Source: an uncultured Pseudomonadales bacterium (GTDB taxonomy: Bacteria > Patescibacteriota > Microgenomatia > UBA1400 > PJMF01). From it: DNA of 64,000 nucleotides. This document shows positions 42,705 to 52,211 of the stretch, in pieces. The position numbers were made by a program, and so were the translations under genes. The stretch spans positions 3,816 to 67,815 of the forward strand of contig CAYWDM010000002.1 in the NCBI GenBank assembly GCA_964457085.1, in the 5' to 3' direction. The notes under the pieces are model-generated. The model worked only from the letters and a program-made list of their open reading frames with translations, ran no database searches and was not told where the DNA came from. Positions within the stretch are counted from its first letter, which is position 1. Each line of letters opens with the position of its first letter.

Positions 42705-43349
42705 ATGTCATTTGTTGCTAAGCGAGTAATTGCATCTCCAAAAAAGTTTAAATTTAAGAGATCCAATCTCAAATTGTGGTTGATGACTCTTCCTTTCATT
42801 TTGCTGTTGGTTGGTTTGGGAACCGCAGCATTTTTATTGAGTACCAATTCTGACTTGAGGCAACAGGCTGCTGTTTTGCCATATACAGTTTGTCGCACTC
42901 CTAGGTCGACTCAATGTTCTTCGGATGGTAGTGCTGTGCAAACATGCATCGGATATAAATTGACCAGCGTAACCTGCAAAGCAGGAAGCAAATGCGAGGT
43001 ATATCAAAATAAACCTCAATGTCTACCAATAGCAAATTGTACTTTTTGGACAAACGACAATAAGGTATTTGAATGTCGAGGAAACACATATTACGGGTGT
43101 AAAAATGGAAAATATCAGAAAATGGGAGGCTGTAATAGTGGCACCACATGTGTGGTAACTGAGGTAAACCAGCCATTTTGTAGTGTGAGTTGTGGAGAGC
43201 ATGGAGCAGTTGGCGGTTGTGGTCCCAATGGAAAACTCAAGCTTTGCCACAACACTTTATATGGTGGCGATGAAAATGGTTGGGAATATGTAAACTGCGG
43301 TTACAATAAGACCTGTAAGGTCCAGAATGGACAGCCCGGTTGTTACTAA
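42705..43349 (+). CDS. Cysteine-rich protein; its N-terminal ~50 aa is near-identical to the 41917 protein, while the Cys-rich C-terminal domain differs
   Basis: Both proteins share WLM(I/T)LPFILLLVGL..AAFLLSTNSDLRQQAA. An identical ~44-nt stretch of DNA (gcagcatttttattgagtaccaattctgacttgaggcaacaggc) occurs at 42035-42080 and 42823-42868. The C-terminus carries 16 Cys in a different pattern. Confidence 0.5.
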   Translation: MSFVAKRVIASPKKFKFKRSNLKLWLMTLPFILLLVGLGTAAFLLSTNSDLRQQAAVLPYTVCRTPRSTQCSSDGSAVQTCIGYKLTSVTCKAGSKCEVYQNKPQCLPIANCTFWTNDNKVFECRGNTYYGCKNGKYQKMGGCNSGTTCVVTEVNQPFCSVSCGEHGAVGGCGPNGKLKLCHNTLYGGDENGWEYVNCGYNKTCKVQNGQPGCY

Positions 43350-43371
43350 CATTTCACACACTTGTATATCT

Positions 43372-43614
43372 CTATAAAAATAGCAAATAGTACACCAGTA
43401 CTCCCACGGCTAATCCAAAATGGATAAGTCCAAAAGTGGTGATGAGTGGCGAGACTGTGGTGATGAGTGTTTTCTTCATCAGACCGATTTGACGCAGCAC
43501 AATCAGGCTAAATAGCACATATAACACCGCACCGATAATAAATAGCCATTTAAATGTAAGCTCAAGTCCAACGGTGATTAAATTCGGATCATTTAGGGCG
43601 ATTTGAGGTGACAT
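43372..43614 (-). CDS. Small membrane protein (2 TM), translationally coupled to the upstream bPH protein
   Basis: 80 aa with two hydrophobic helices. Its start overlaps the stop of the 43614 gene (ATGA). Confidence 0.35.
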   Translation of the reverse strand: MSPQIALNDPNLITVGLELTFKWLFIIGAVLYVLFSLIVLRQIGLMKKTLITTVSPLITTFGLIHFGLAVGVLVYYLLFL

Positions 43615-44291
43615 TAACTGGCTCTCCCTTCAATTTTTTCCTGTTCTTCTTCAAGAATCATTTCATTAAGTAACGCGGCTACTCTGGTTGGGTGCGGCAC
43701 ATTATCAAATTCAAATTGGGTTCGCTCGGCAGCTGTTTGAATCAGAACAGTACCATAATCAAATACAGATGCCATGGCACCACTGGCGGTAACAGTTACA
43801 TCTTCGATGTTGTCAATTTTGGCAGTGGAGACATTTTTGTAGATTAGCGATAGAAAATCCACATCGACTATTCGTTCATCGGTGATGATGTAGACATTAA
43901 AAAACCAGACCAAGAAACTCTCTAATGCAAAACCAACCGTCATCATATACCAGCCAATAGTAAAGGCACTGTGAAATTTAATGGGGAGAAAATCGAGGAT
44001 TGTGGAAAGGTTCATCACAATTGGAAAAAACACAGCCAAAATCAAGATAAAAAACGGTCTAATGAGCACAACTGGATGCTGCCTGAGCAACAAAACGACT
44101 TGTTCGTTTTTGACTTGAGCGTCAAAGGCAGTATGTTTGGGTTTGGGTGCGTAAGCCAACAATACGCTATCTGCAGATTTTTCGCGTCTCATGACTTCTG
44201 AGTAGTCATCAACAGTGCGGATTCTCGGTTTATCTGAGACTTGTTTTACTTGTGCATCACCCGCTTTCAGGTCAGATGAGGTTTGAGTCAT
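43614..44291 (-). CDS. Bacterial PH-domain (bPH_2/YdbT-like) membrane protein
   Basis: Two TM helices, followed by ..YIITDERIVDVDFLSLIYKNVSTAKIDNIEDV.., which is typical of bPH_2. The ATG at 44291 is preferred so that the gene does not overlap the divergent gene. Confidence 0.45.
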   Translation of the reverse strand: MTQTSSDLKAGDAQVKQVSDKPRIRTVDDYSEVMRREKSADSVLLAYAPKPKHTAFDAQVKNEQVVLLLRQHPVVLIRPFFILILAVFFPIVMNLSTILDFLPIKFHSAFTIGWYMMTVGFALESFLVWFFNVYIITDERIVDVDFLSLIYKNVSTAKIDNIEDVTVTASGAMASVFDYGTVLIQTAAERTQFEFDNVPHPTRVAALLNEMILEEEQEKIEGRAS

Positions 44292-44372
44292 GCAGGTATT
44301 ATACAGCGATTGTTTCGGGGAACGTCTACACCAGAACTGTGTCTTTTCTTGGTAGTTACTTTCTGATATGGT

Positions 44373-45146
44373 ATGAGCATGAAAGCAAACCAAAAGACAT
44401 CTCCAACCAAAAAAACTGTTGCAGCGGCAAAATCAAAGCCAGTAATCAAGAAGGTAGTAAAGCCTGCTGCGATTAAAAAACCACTTGCTGCGTTAAGTCA
44501 GAAATTGGCTGAAATGCCTTCATCTCAAATGATGGAAACAATGGAAGCACCTCGAAAATCTGGTTTGAAGCGTCCAGCAACTTGGTTGGTAGGGGCATGG
44601 ATTGTGGTGATTGGTTTGGCGTTGTTCTATTATCGCGGTCAATTTGTCGTAGCAGTGGTAAATGGTCAACCAATTTTCCGCTCAGCTTTAGTACGTGAGC
44701 TGGAGCGACAATCCGGCAAACAGGTACTAGACAACTTGGTTTTAAAAACAGTGGTAATGCAGGAGGCAAGCAAGCAAAAAGTTACTGTCACCGACCAGGA
44801 AGTTACTGATGAAATTGCAAAACTTGAGAAAACCTTCAAAGGCAGAGGTCAAGATCTTGATTCTGCTTTGGCAACACAAGGCATGAGCCGCAGTGATCTC
44901 AACGAACAAATGAAGTTGCAGAAATTGGTCGAGAAAATGGTGAGTAAAGAAGTTGAAGTCACCGATGAAGAAGTCACAAAATATATGGAGACTAACAAAG
45001 CATTTTTACCAAAGGATGCTAAGCCAGATCAACTAAAAGCTGACATCAAAGCTCAATTACTCCAACAGAAACAAACCGCTAAGATCCAAGAGTGGGTAAC
45101 TGCTCTCAAGGATAAAGCAACTGTACAGCACTGGTTATTTCAATAA
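44373..45146 (+). CDS. SurA N-terminal-domain-like periplasmic chaperone (no PPIase domain)
   Basis: Lys-rich N-terminus, a TM anchor, and then ..VVAVVNGQPIFRSALVRELERQSGKQVLDNLVLKTVVMQEASK.. (SurA_N/PrsA-like). Confidence 0.45.
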   Translation: MSMKANQKTSPTKKTVAAAKSKPVIKKVVKPAAIKKPLAALSQKLAEMPSSQMMETMEAPRKSGLKRPATWLVGAWIVVIGLALFYYRGQFVVAVVNGQPIFRSALVRELERQSGKQVLDNLVLKTVVMQEASKQKVTVTDQEVTDEIAKLEKTFKGRGQDLDSALATQGMSRSDLNEQMKLQKLVEKMVSKEVEVTDEEVTKYMETNKAFLPKDAKPDQLKADIKAQLLQQKQTAKIQEWVTALKDKATVQHWLFQ

Positions 45147-45167
45147 CTAGTCAAGTTAGATAAATAG

Positions 45168-45198
45168 TAAAAGCGACTCGAAAGGGTCGCTTTTTTAT
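45168..45198. terminator. Rho-independent terminator between convergent genes
   Basis: The stem AAAAGCGAC / GTCGCTTTT is followed by TTTTTT. Confidence 0.55.
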
Positions 45199-45257
45199 TT
45201 CTTACAGGAAGTCGCTTGGCAGTGGCTTCGTTGGGAGGATGTTGGTAATAATCTTAA

Positions 45258-46016
45258 CTACTCGGTAGTAATCAAATCAAAACGCGTCTGTGTTGCTTTT
45301 GCTAGAACTTCTTCTGATTTTTGATTGTATTTTTTATCAAATCCCATCGAATAGTAAAGAGATAGTGCTAGCGAAATGGCAGAAGCCAAAAAAATTATGT
45401 TGGGGTTGTGAGTGTGTTCCGCAATTTGGAAAGCTGTTAGTTGAATTGTGCCAACACCGGCTATGGCTTTAAGCAAAGCTGCACCAAGTAGACGCATGGA
45501 AAGTTGTGATTCATCTTCACTACCATCTGCAAAAGACTGCAATTTCTTGCCATATTCGGGAAATTGTTTTATTAGCTGGGATATACAAAGGTCGGCTACG
45601 TGTGAGATTTCGTGCAGAAAAACAGTAGCTAGTGCTTTGTCAGAATACATAGGTGAAAGCTGCACATAGAAACAAAACAAGTTGGTGCCTTCAGAAGAAC
45701 TGGTGACTATAGCTCCACCTTTTGTTGCAATACTTAGAACCAAGGCACCGGCAAAAGTAGAGATAGGCGGAATTTCTTCTGACGATTGAGAATCAACGAA
45801 TTTCAAAAACTCTAGGGTTGAATAGAAAACATGAACTTCTTCTAGTAAGTGATCAATAGCTTCATCTGGGACATCTGTTAAATTATGGGAGGCAAGTCTT
45901 TCTTTGATTAATCTTTTTAAGATGTTGGGAACTTTCTTTTCTAAGACTTCTGGATCAAATTTTGGCAAGATTTCTTGATCCTGAGTAATAAGTGGAGTTT
46001 CTTGTCCCATACGCAT
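45258..46016 (-). CDS. Hypothetical HExxH-motif protein (putative zinc metallopeptidase-like); paralog of 48360..49175
   Basis: Carries FLHEISHVADL (an HExxH motif). Its architecture resembles that of the 48360 ORF (IAHELLHQTVAE). Confidence 0.4.
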   Translation of the reverse strand: MRMGQETPLITQDQEILPKFDPEVLEKKVPNILKRLIKERLASHNLTDVPDEAIDHLLEEVHVFYSTLEFLKFVDSQSSEEIPPISTFAGALVLSIATKGGAIVTSSSEGTNLFCFYVQLSPMYSDKALATVFLHEISHVADLCISQLIKQFPEYGKKLQSFADGSEDESQLSMRLLGAALLKAIAGVGTIQLTAFQIAEHTHNPNIIFLASAISLALSLYYSMGFDKKYNQKSEEVLAKATQTRFDLITTE

Positions 46017-46090
46017 ACTATCAATTACTTTAGAAAAAAATAAAAGTGCAATTTTTTCTGTGGCTAGACTGCTCTACAGTTGCGAGGAAC

Positions 46091-47920
46091 TTATTCGCTT
46101 TCAAGCACTGCTAAGAATGCTTCTTGATTCAACTCAACTCGACCAATTGACTTCATTTTCTTCTTGCCCTCAGCCTGTTTCTTCAATAATTTCATTCGGC
46201 GAGTGCGATCACCACCATAGAGTTTGGCGGTCACATCTTTGCGAAAAGCTTTAATTGTTTCTCGGGCAATAACCTTACCACCGATCATGGCTTGGATTGG
46301 TACCTCAAACATTTGGCGAGGAATCACCTCTTTTAGTTTCGAGCACAGTAGACGAGCTCGGCTTTCAGCAAGTTCTCGCACAGTAATGAAACTGAGTGCC
46401 TCTACAATTTCGTGGTTAAGCATGATGCCAACTTTTACGCCATCAACGGGTTGATAGCCACTGAGTTGATATTCAAGTGAGGCATATCCAGAGGTAATTG
46501 ATTTGAGTCGGTCATGAAAATCAGTGATTAATTCAGCTAAAGGCACTGCATATTCAACTTTACTACGTGTACCTGCATGAGTGGTGTTGATTAGAGTACC
46601 GCGTTTTTCATGAGTTAATTTAATGATACCGCTCATGTAGGCTTCGGGAGTGAAGATAATGGCTGTAACAATAGGTTCGCGAATCAAGGCGATGACACTG
46701 GGATCTGGCATCTCAGATGGGTTGTGGACAGTGATGACCGTACCATTCGTGGTAGTGACTTCGTAGCTAACGGTTGGAGCGGTAGCAATTAGATTTAAAT
46801 TAAACTCCTTAGTGAGTCGTTCTCTTACCACTTCAGCGTGGAAAATGCCCAAAAAACCAACTCGCAGCCCATTGCCGAGTGCCAATGAGTGAGTGCCGGT
46901 ATATTTCAGCGATGAATCATGTAATGCCAATTTTGACATTGCATCTTTGAGCAGGGTAAAGTCATTGGTATCGATTGGATAGAGCTCCATATAAACCATT
47001 GGAGTTGGCTCGTGGTATCCCGGAAGTGGCGTGATTTTCTCTCGAGTAGATTGCTCGGTAAGAGTGTCACCGATCTTCAAATCGCTGACTTCTTTGAGGC
47101 CAGTCGAAACATAACCCACCTCACCGGTTCGTAGTTCAGTTCTAGCAATACGTTTGGGAGTGAACACGCCAATTTCAACTGGGTTGAGGGTGGTTTTTGT
47201 CGAATATAGAAATAGAGGTTTTCTGGTGAGAGTGCCGTCAACTATGCGAACATAGGCAATTGAACCTTGGTGGTTATCAAATACAGAAGTGATTACTAAT
47301 GCACGAAGGGGTGGAGTGGTGCCAGCTGCCAGCTGTTCTGACGTGGTATCTTTTGGTGAGGGGACTCGATCGATAACAGCTTGTAGAACCAAATCTACTC
47401 CTTGGCCGGTTTTGGCAGAAACATAGAGGACATCTTTTTCATCTATACCAAACAAATCCATCATTTCTAAAACTGTTTGTTCAACATCTGCAGAGGGAAG
47501 ATCAATTTTATTGATGACTGGGATAATTTTTAACCCCAAATCGACAGCTTTTTGATAGTTAGCGAGTGTTTGAGCTTGGATACCTTGAGTAGCATCAACC
47601 AACAAGATAGCACCCTCGCAAGCTGCGAGTGATCGACTGACCTCATAGCCAAAATCAACGTGTCCTGGAGTATCAATTAGATTGAGAATGTATTCTTCAT
47701 CATGGTAGACGTATTCCATACGAACTGGAGCAAGTTTGATGGTGACGCCTTTTTCTTTTTCGATGATATTAGAGTCCATCATCCGATCAGTGAAGTCGAG
47801 AGCAGAGACTGTTTTGGTGGATTTTAGAAAAGCGTCAGTAAGCGTGGTCTTACCATGATCAATATGGGCAATAATTGAAAAGTTTCGAATGCGTGATGGG
47901 GTGGAGACAAATGTATTCAT
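46091..47920 (-). CDS. lepA: Translation elongation factor 4 (LepA)
   Basis: Contains NFSIIAHIDHGKTTLTD...DTPGHVDF.. Length 609 aa. Confidence 0.9.
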   Translation of the reverse strand: MNTFVSTPSRIRNFSIIAHIDHGKTTLTDAFLKSTKTVSALDFTDRMMDSNIIEKEKGVTIKLAPVRMEYVYHDEEYILNLIDTPGHVDFGYEVSRSLAACEGAILLVDATQGIQAQTLANYQKAVDLGLKIIPVINKIDLPSADVEQTVLEMMDLFGIDEKDVLYVSAKTGQGVDLVLQAVIDRVPSPKDTTSEQLAAGTTPPLRALVITSVFDNHQGSIAYVRIVDGTLTRKPLFLYSTKTTLNPVEIGVFTPKRIARTELRTGEVGYVSTGLKEVSDLKIGDTLTEQSTREKITPLPGYHEPTPMVYMELYPIDTNDFTLLKDAMSKLALHDSSLKYTGTHSLALGNGLRVGFLGIFHAEVVRERLTKEFNLNLIATAPTVSYEVTTTNGTVITVHNPSEMPDPSVIALIREPIVTAIIFTPEAYMSGIIKLTHEKRGTLINTTHAGTRSKVEYAVPLAELITDFHDRLKSITSGYASLEYQLSGYQPVDGVKVGIMLNHEIVEALSFITVRELAESRARLLCSKLKEVIPRQMFEVPIQAMIGGKVIARETIKAFRKDVTAKLYGGDRTRRMKLLKKQAEGKKKMKSIGRVELNQEAFLAVLESE

Positions 47921-47994
47921 AAATTAGTGCCAAACCAAAAACCGCTACTCTTGGCCTCAGACAATCACTTTTTAGGAAAATAAAAAACGCAGTT

Positions 47995-48228
47995 TTATTT
48001 TACCAATTTAGAAACTTGGCTTTTGACGCGTGCAGCTTTATTTTTATGAAGCACATTTTTCTTGACAGCTTTATCAATTTTTGAGAAAGCACTTGCCAAT
48101 GACTCTTTGGTTGGTTTCTTCTTGACTAAATCGAGTGAAGTTTTAACCAAAGACTTAGTTCTGCGGTTTACAGTGGTTTTTTTCTTGCTTGCACGAAGTG
48201 CTTTTTTGGCGTTTGCGAGTAATGGCAT
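47995..48228 (-). CDS. rpsT: 30S ribosomal protein S20
   Basis: 77 aa, basic, beginning MPLLANAKKALRASKKKTTVNRRTKS. Confidence 0.8.
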   Translation of the reverse strand: MPLLANAKKALRASKKKTTVNRRTKSLVKTSLDLVKKKPTKESLASAFSKIDKAVKKNVLHKNKAARVKSQVSKLVK

Positions 48229-48359
48229 AGTTTCCTTTAATTATTAGTGTTTTCCAGATCAAGTGATTGAACTAACTCAACTCATGTCGGGACAGAGGAA
48301 TTATACAGTCCAGACAAGATTATTTCAATTGCGTTTCGGTTGGCCCATTTATCAATAGC

Positions 48360-49175
48360 TTATGTAAGTTCAGTCTCTGAAAGAATTAAGTCGGGATTGT
48401 GTAATATATTATTAAATTCTTCAGAATTATCTAAGACTTCGCCACAGTACTGCCAATTAATTTTGGAAACAAGTTTGGAACTTGGGATATCAACAAAAAG
48501 TGCTAATAATGAGGCGACAAATGCATAGCCATCGAAATAGGGGTCCATGCGTTTAGCATCATTTCGCAGTGACAGATCAGTTTTCCTCTGTTCTAAAGCG
48601 GCCAATACAGCAGCTTTTTTCTCTTGAGGAAACATAGGGTCATGTAATAGTGCCTCACAAAGTTTTAATTCTTCGTGTAGTACAAAACCCTCATTAATAA
48701 GCTTTTGCAACTCAGAGCTATGTGAACCTCCGCAGAATGTAATGAGCTCTGCTTTTTGGTACTCGGTTTTTTCAACCATCACCTTACGATCTAGCATTTT
48801 TGGGATATCAAAACGGTTGATGTCGTCAGTTTTGAGTTTTTCTGCAACAGTTTGATGAAGCAACTCATGAGCGATTCTTAGTGTCAGTTTCATCCGGCGA
48901 TCTACATTCACAACGTCCTGTTGCCCTGCGACGCATATCACTATGTGGTGTTTGTTATTCCATTTTCCAACATATGAACCCTGCTCTGCTCCTGTATAAA
49001 AGGTTACAATCGTAGTACTTTCTTGTGGCTTCCAGTCCGGAGAATAGGTTTGAATGATCTCAAGTGCTTCTTGAAATATTTTTTTAATCTCAGACCCTGA
49101 GACCTTTTCAGAGTCTGATTCCTGAAGTATCTCTATTTGTATTGATTTTTCTTCTTTTTGTAATGGTTTTTCCAT
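48360..49175 (-). CDS. Hypothetical HExxH-motif protein (putative zinc metallopeptidase-like); paralog of 45258..46016
   Basis: Carries RIAHELLHQTV (an HExxH motif). Confidence 0.4.
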   Translation of the reverse strand: MEKPLQKEEKSIQIEILQESDSEKVSGSEIKKIFQEALEIIQTYSPDWKPQESTTIVTFYTGAEQGSYVGKWNNKHHIVICVAGQQDVVNVDRRMKLTLRIAHELLHQTVAEKLKTDDINRFDIPKMLDRKVMVEKTEYQKAELITFCGGSHSSELQKLINEGFVLHEELKLCEALLHDPMFPQEKKAAVLAALEQRKTDLSLRNDAKRMDPYFDGYAFVASLLALFVDIPSSKLVSKINWQYCGEVLDNSEEFNNILHNPDLILSETELT

Positions 49176-49255
49176 TGATTCTGTAGTTTAGCATGTGAGT
49201 ATTGATGATCCCGAGAGGGTACAATTAGCTAAACGAGCGTGTTTTTACAACGACT

Positions 49256-49702
49256 ATGCGACTATGGAGTGTTCATCCATCTTATTTAGATGCTAAAGGT
49301 TTAGTAGCTGTTTGGCGTGAGGGACTGCTTGCATTGCAGGTACTAAGTGGCAAAACTAATGGATATACGCGGCATCCACAGCTCACGCGTTTTCGACTGC
49401 ACCCACAACCAATAGATGCAATTTCTTACTATCTACATGCAATTGCAGATGAGGCAGACCAGAGAAAATATCATTTCAAACGTGAGAAGCTGATAGCTTA
49501 TCGGGAAGTTGGAAAAATTCAGTTGACTATAGGTCAGTTACGATATGAAACAGAACATTTGAGAAAGAAATTAGCGATTCGCGACAGAACATACTTAATT
49601 CGATTTCAACCCCAAATACAGTTTGAACCTCATGCTTTATTTAAGTTGACTGATGGCCCTGTCGAGAGTTGGGAGCATGTAAGTATCGCAGCTGGGTTGT
49701 GA
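49256..49702 (+). CDS. Pyrimidine-dimer DNA glycosylase (T4 endonuclease V/Pdg family)
   Basis: The N-terminus MRLWSVHPSYLDAKGLVAVWREGLLALQVL..GYTRHPQLTRF is as recalled for the Pyr_excise family. No search was run. Confidence 0.55.
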   Translation: MRLWSVHPSYLDAKGLVAVWREGLLALQVLSGKTNGYTRHPQLTRFRLHPQPIDAISYYLHAIADEADQRKYHFKREKLIAYREVGKIQLTIGQLRYETEHLRKKLAIRDRTYLIRFQPQIQFEPHALFKLTDGPVESWEHVSIAAGL

Positions 49703-49817
49703 TACTTACTGATTCAGAAAGCATTTGTTCTTCTGAGTGTATTGATTTTCAATAAAACAAAAAAAGTCAGCATACTGGTTGTCTGGAGAAGCCAAAATCG
49801 GCTATAATTGCGACGGT

Positions 49818-51506
49818 ATGTTTCTGCGTATTTCCAAACTTTTTACAGACAATGCGAAGTGGCTTGAAAATCAGCAAACCTCGATTTTGTCAGCAGCTTT
49901 CATTATTACCATCGCCAACGTGCTTTCTTCTGTTTTTGGATTAGTTAGAGAGCGACTGTTGATTAGCTATTTCTTTGACTCAACCGCTTCACAATTGGAA
50001 TATGAGGCGCTACAAGTTGCGTTTCAAATTCCAGACATGCTGTTTCAGTTGATTGTACTTGGTGCTGTGTCTGCAGCATTTATTCCAGTGTTTATGACTC
50101 TAAAAAAGAAGAACGAATCCGAGGCTTTTGAAATGAGTCAGTCAGTAATGACGTTGACTTTATTAGTTTATATTTTATTTTCTTCAGCGGCATTTATTTT
50201 TGCCACCCCTTTAACCCAAATGAGAACTGGAGCCAATTTCACTCCAGAGCAATTGGTGGTTGCGGTTAATTTAACCAGAATCATGCTTTTTGCTCAGTTG
50301 TTTTTTGCGGCTTCAAATTTTTTGACTGGAATATTGCAGTCATATCAACGGTTTATCGTGCCAGCTATTGCCCCTGTGTTATACAACATCGGGATTATGC
50401 TGGGAGTGATATTTTTTCATCAACAACTAGGTATTTATTCAGCTGGATTAGGTGTGGTCATTGGTGCGTGCATGCACATGTTGGTACAGCTGCCACTGAC
50501 GAATAAGCTTGGATTTAAATTCAGATTGAGATTTAACTTTAAACAATCAGCAGTTAAACAAATTATTTTGTTGATGCCGCCTCGGTTATTAACCGTTGGC
50601 ATGACTGAACTGCAAAATTTGGCATTAACGTTTTTTGCAACCACAATCGGCAACTTAAGCTTTGTAATCATTCGATTAGCACTAAGATTGATGACGATTC
50701 CAATTAGATTATTTGGAGTTCCGATCAGTCAGGCGTCGCTGCCGTTTTTATCTGAGGAGTCGGGTGAGGGAGATCGCCAGCGGCTCAATGATCTGTTGAT
50801 CCAATCGCTGCATCAAATTGTTTTTTTTGCACTACCCGCATCTGTATTGTTGTTAATTTTACGGGTTCCCATTGTGCGGTTGATATTTGGAGCTGACAAT
50901 TTCCCATGGCAAACGACAGTCATGACTGGGAAAGTGGTCGCGGTAATCGCTTTATCCATAGTTGCACAGGCTATGACTCATTTATTGGTCCGAGTCTTTC
51001 ACGCAATTAAAAATACGGCCACTCCATTTTTTGTGACTGTTTTTTCAGTGGTGATTTATTTACTCATTTGTTCTTATTCAGTGTATTTCACTAATTGGGG
51101 AGTAATGGGCTTGGCTGTGGCCACAACTTTGAGTGCAATTGCAGAGGCTGCATTATTTGCTTGGTTGCTCAATAAGAAAACAGGATTTTTACAGCGTGTC
51201 GATTTCATTGTGCCGCAGCTGAAGATGATTGGGGCAGGTTTTTTGATGGCAGTGTTTTTATATCTTCCTTTTCGAATTTTAGATGAACTGGTTTTTAATA
51301 CTTCAAGAACCTTTGAGTTGATTTCTCTGACAATAATTACTAGTACTATTGGAATGCTGGTATACGTGTATTTTTGTGCATTATTTGAAGTTAAAGAGTT
51401 ACGTTATTTTACGCATATTTTTGGGGCACTTGGGAAATGGCGCAAGCCACTATCTCAATCTTCGGAAGTACTGGTTAATGCTCCAGGTGACGAGATGTCA
51501 GGTTGA
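49818..51506 (+). CDS. murJ: Lipid II flippase MurJ
   Basis: About 14 TM helices, with MFLRISKLF..ILSAAFIITIANVLSSVFGLVRERLLISYFF.. as the MurJ N-terminal signature. The ATG at 49818 is preferred. Confidence 0.7.
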   Translation: MFLRISKLFTDNAKWLENQQTSILSAAFIITIANVLSSVFGLVRERLLISYFFDSTASQLEYEALQVAFQIPDMLFQLIVLGAVSAAFIPVFMTLKKKNESEAFEMSQSVMTLTLLVYILFSSAAFIFATPLTQMRTGANFTPEQLVVAVNLTRIMLFAQLFFAASNFLTGILQSYQRFIVPAIAPVLYNIGIMLGVIFFHQQLGIYSAGLGVVIGACMHMLVQLPLTNKLGFKFRLRFNFKQSAVKQIILLMPPRLLTVGMTELQNLALTFFATTIGNLSFVIIRLALRLMTIPIRLFGVPISQASLPFLSEESGEGDRQRLNDLLIQSLHQIVFFALPASVLLLILRVPIVRLIFGADNFPWQTTVMTGKVVAVIALSIVAQAMTHLLVRVFHAIKNTATPFFVTVFSVVIYLLICSYSVYFTNWGVMGLAVATTLSAIAEAALFAWLLNKKTGFLQRVDFIVPQLKMIGAGFLMAVFLYLPFRILDELVFNTSRTFELISLTIITSTIGMLVYVYFCALFEVKELRYFTHIFGALGKWRKPLSQSSEVLVNAPGDEMSG

Positions 51507-51586
51507 GTTTGATAGTCTTGAGTTTGATAGCCGATTTACGCTAGAATGAACAGGAAACTGCTTTTTGCAGCTTTGTTAGCTTGCCC

Positions 51587-52207
51587 ATGAAACGTACATC
51601 AGTCAGCATCAACATTAATCTGCTGCCAAAGGATCCCTTTTTTGATTCGGTGGTGGGTCGAGTTTTGCGATGGGCATTATCGGTTGGGAGATATTTAGTG
51701 GTTTTTACCGAGCTGGTAGTGATTGTTAGTTTCGCTACTCGATTCAATCTAGATCGTCAACGTACTGATTTGAATGAAGCTCTCAATCAAAAAGAGATGA
51801 TTGTTAAATCTTACGGTGACCTAGAGGGAAAGTTTAGAATTTTGCAGACAAAGATTTCCGACTTTGAACAGGTTGAAAAACAGGGCAATATTGTTGATAT
51901 TTTTCCCAAACTGACGGCAGTGATGCCAACAGACATTAAATTGACTGAGCTAACAATTAGCAGTGACAGTATTGTGTTAGCTGGTTCAGCACTGTCCCAG
52001 AGGTCATTAAATACTTTTCTCAGCAATCTCCAGGTCTCAAAGACTTTTTTCAGCATTACCGTCGATAAGATTGAGTCAAAAGGTGAACGGAATCCTGGGT
52101 TTGATTTTTCACTTCGTGCTAATACTAAAGATGCAGCTAAGGTTGATGTGAGGACAGCAGTGACTCCAAAACCAAAAGACACTAGTACAAAGGAAGAGTT
52201 GGAATAA
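51587..52207 (+). CDS. pilN: Type IV pilus assembly protein PilN-like
   Basis: Carries the INLLP hallmark (SININLLPKDPFF), then a TM segment and a coiled coil. Confidence 0.5.
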   Translation: MKRTSVSININLLPKDPFFDSVVGRVLRWALSVGRYLVVFTELVVIVSFATRFNLDRQRTDLNEALNQKEMIVKSYGDLEGKFRILQTKISDFEQVEKQGNIVDIFPKLTAVMPTDIKLTELTISSDSIVLAGSALSQRSLNTFLSNLQVSKTFFSITVDKIESKGERNPGFDFSLRANTKDAAKVDVRTAVTPKPKDTSTKEELE

Positions 52208-52211
52208 TTAC

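Noticed and set aside
41742-42898. Antisense ORFs 41742-42098 and 42698-42898, which share the peptide '...AACCLKSELVLNKNAA..'
   Set aside because: They are reverse-strand translations of the duplicated N-terminal module of the two Cys-rich genes. Their similarity only mirrors the sense-strand repeat.
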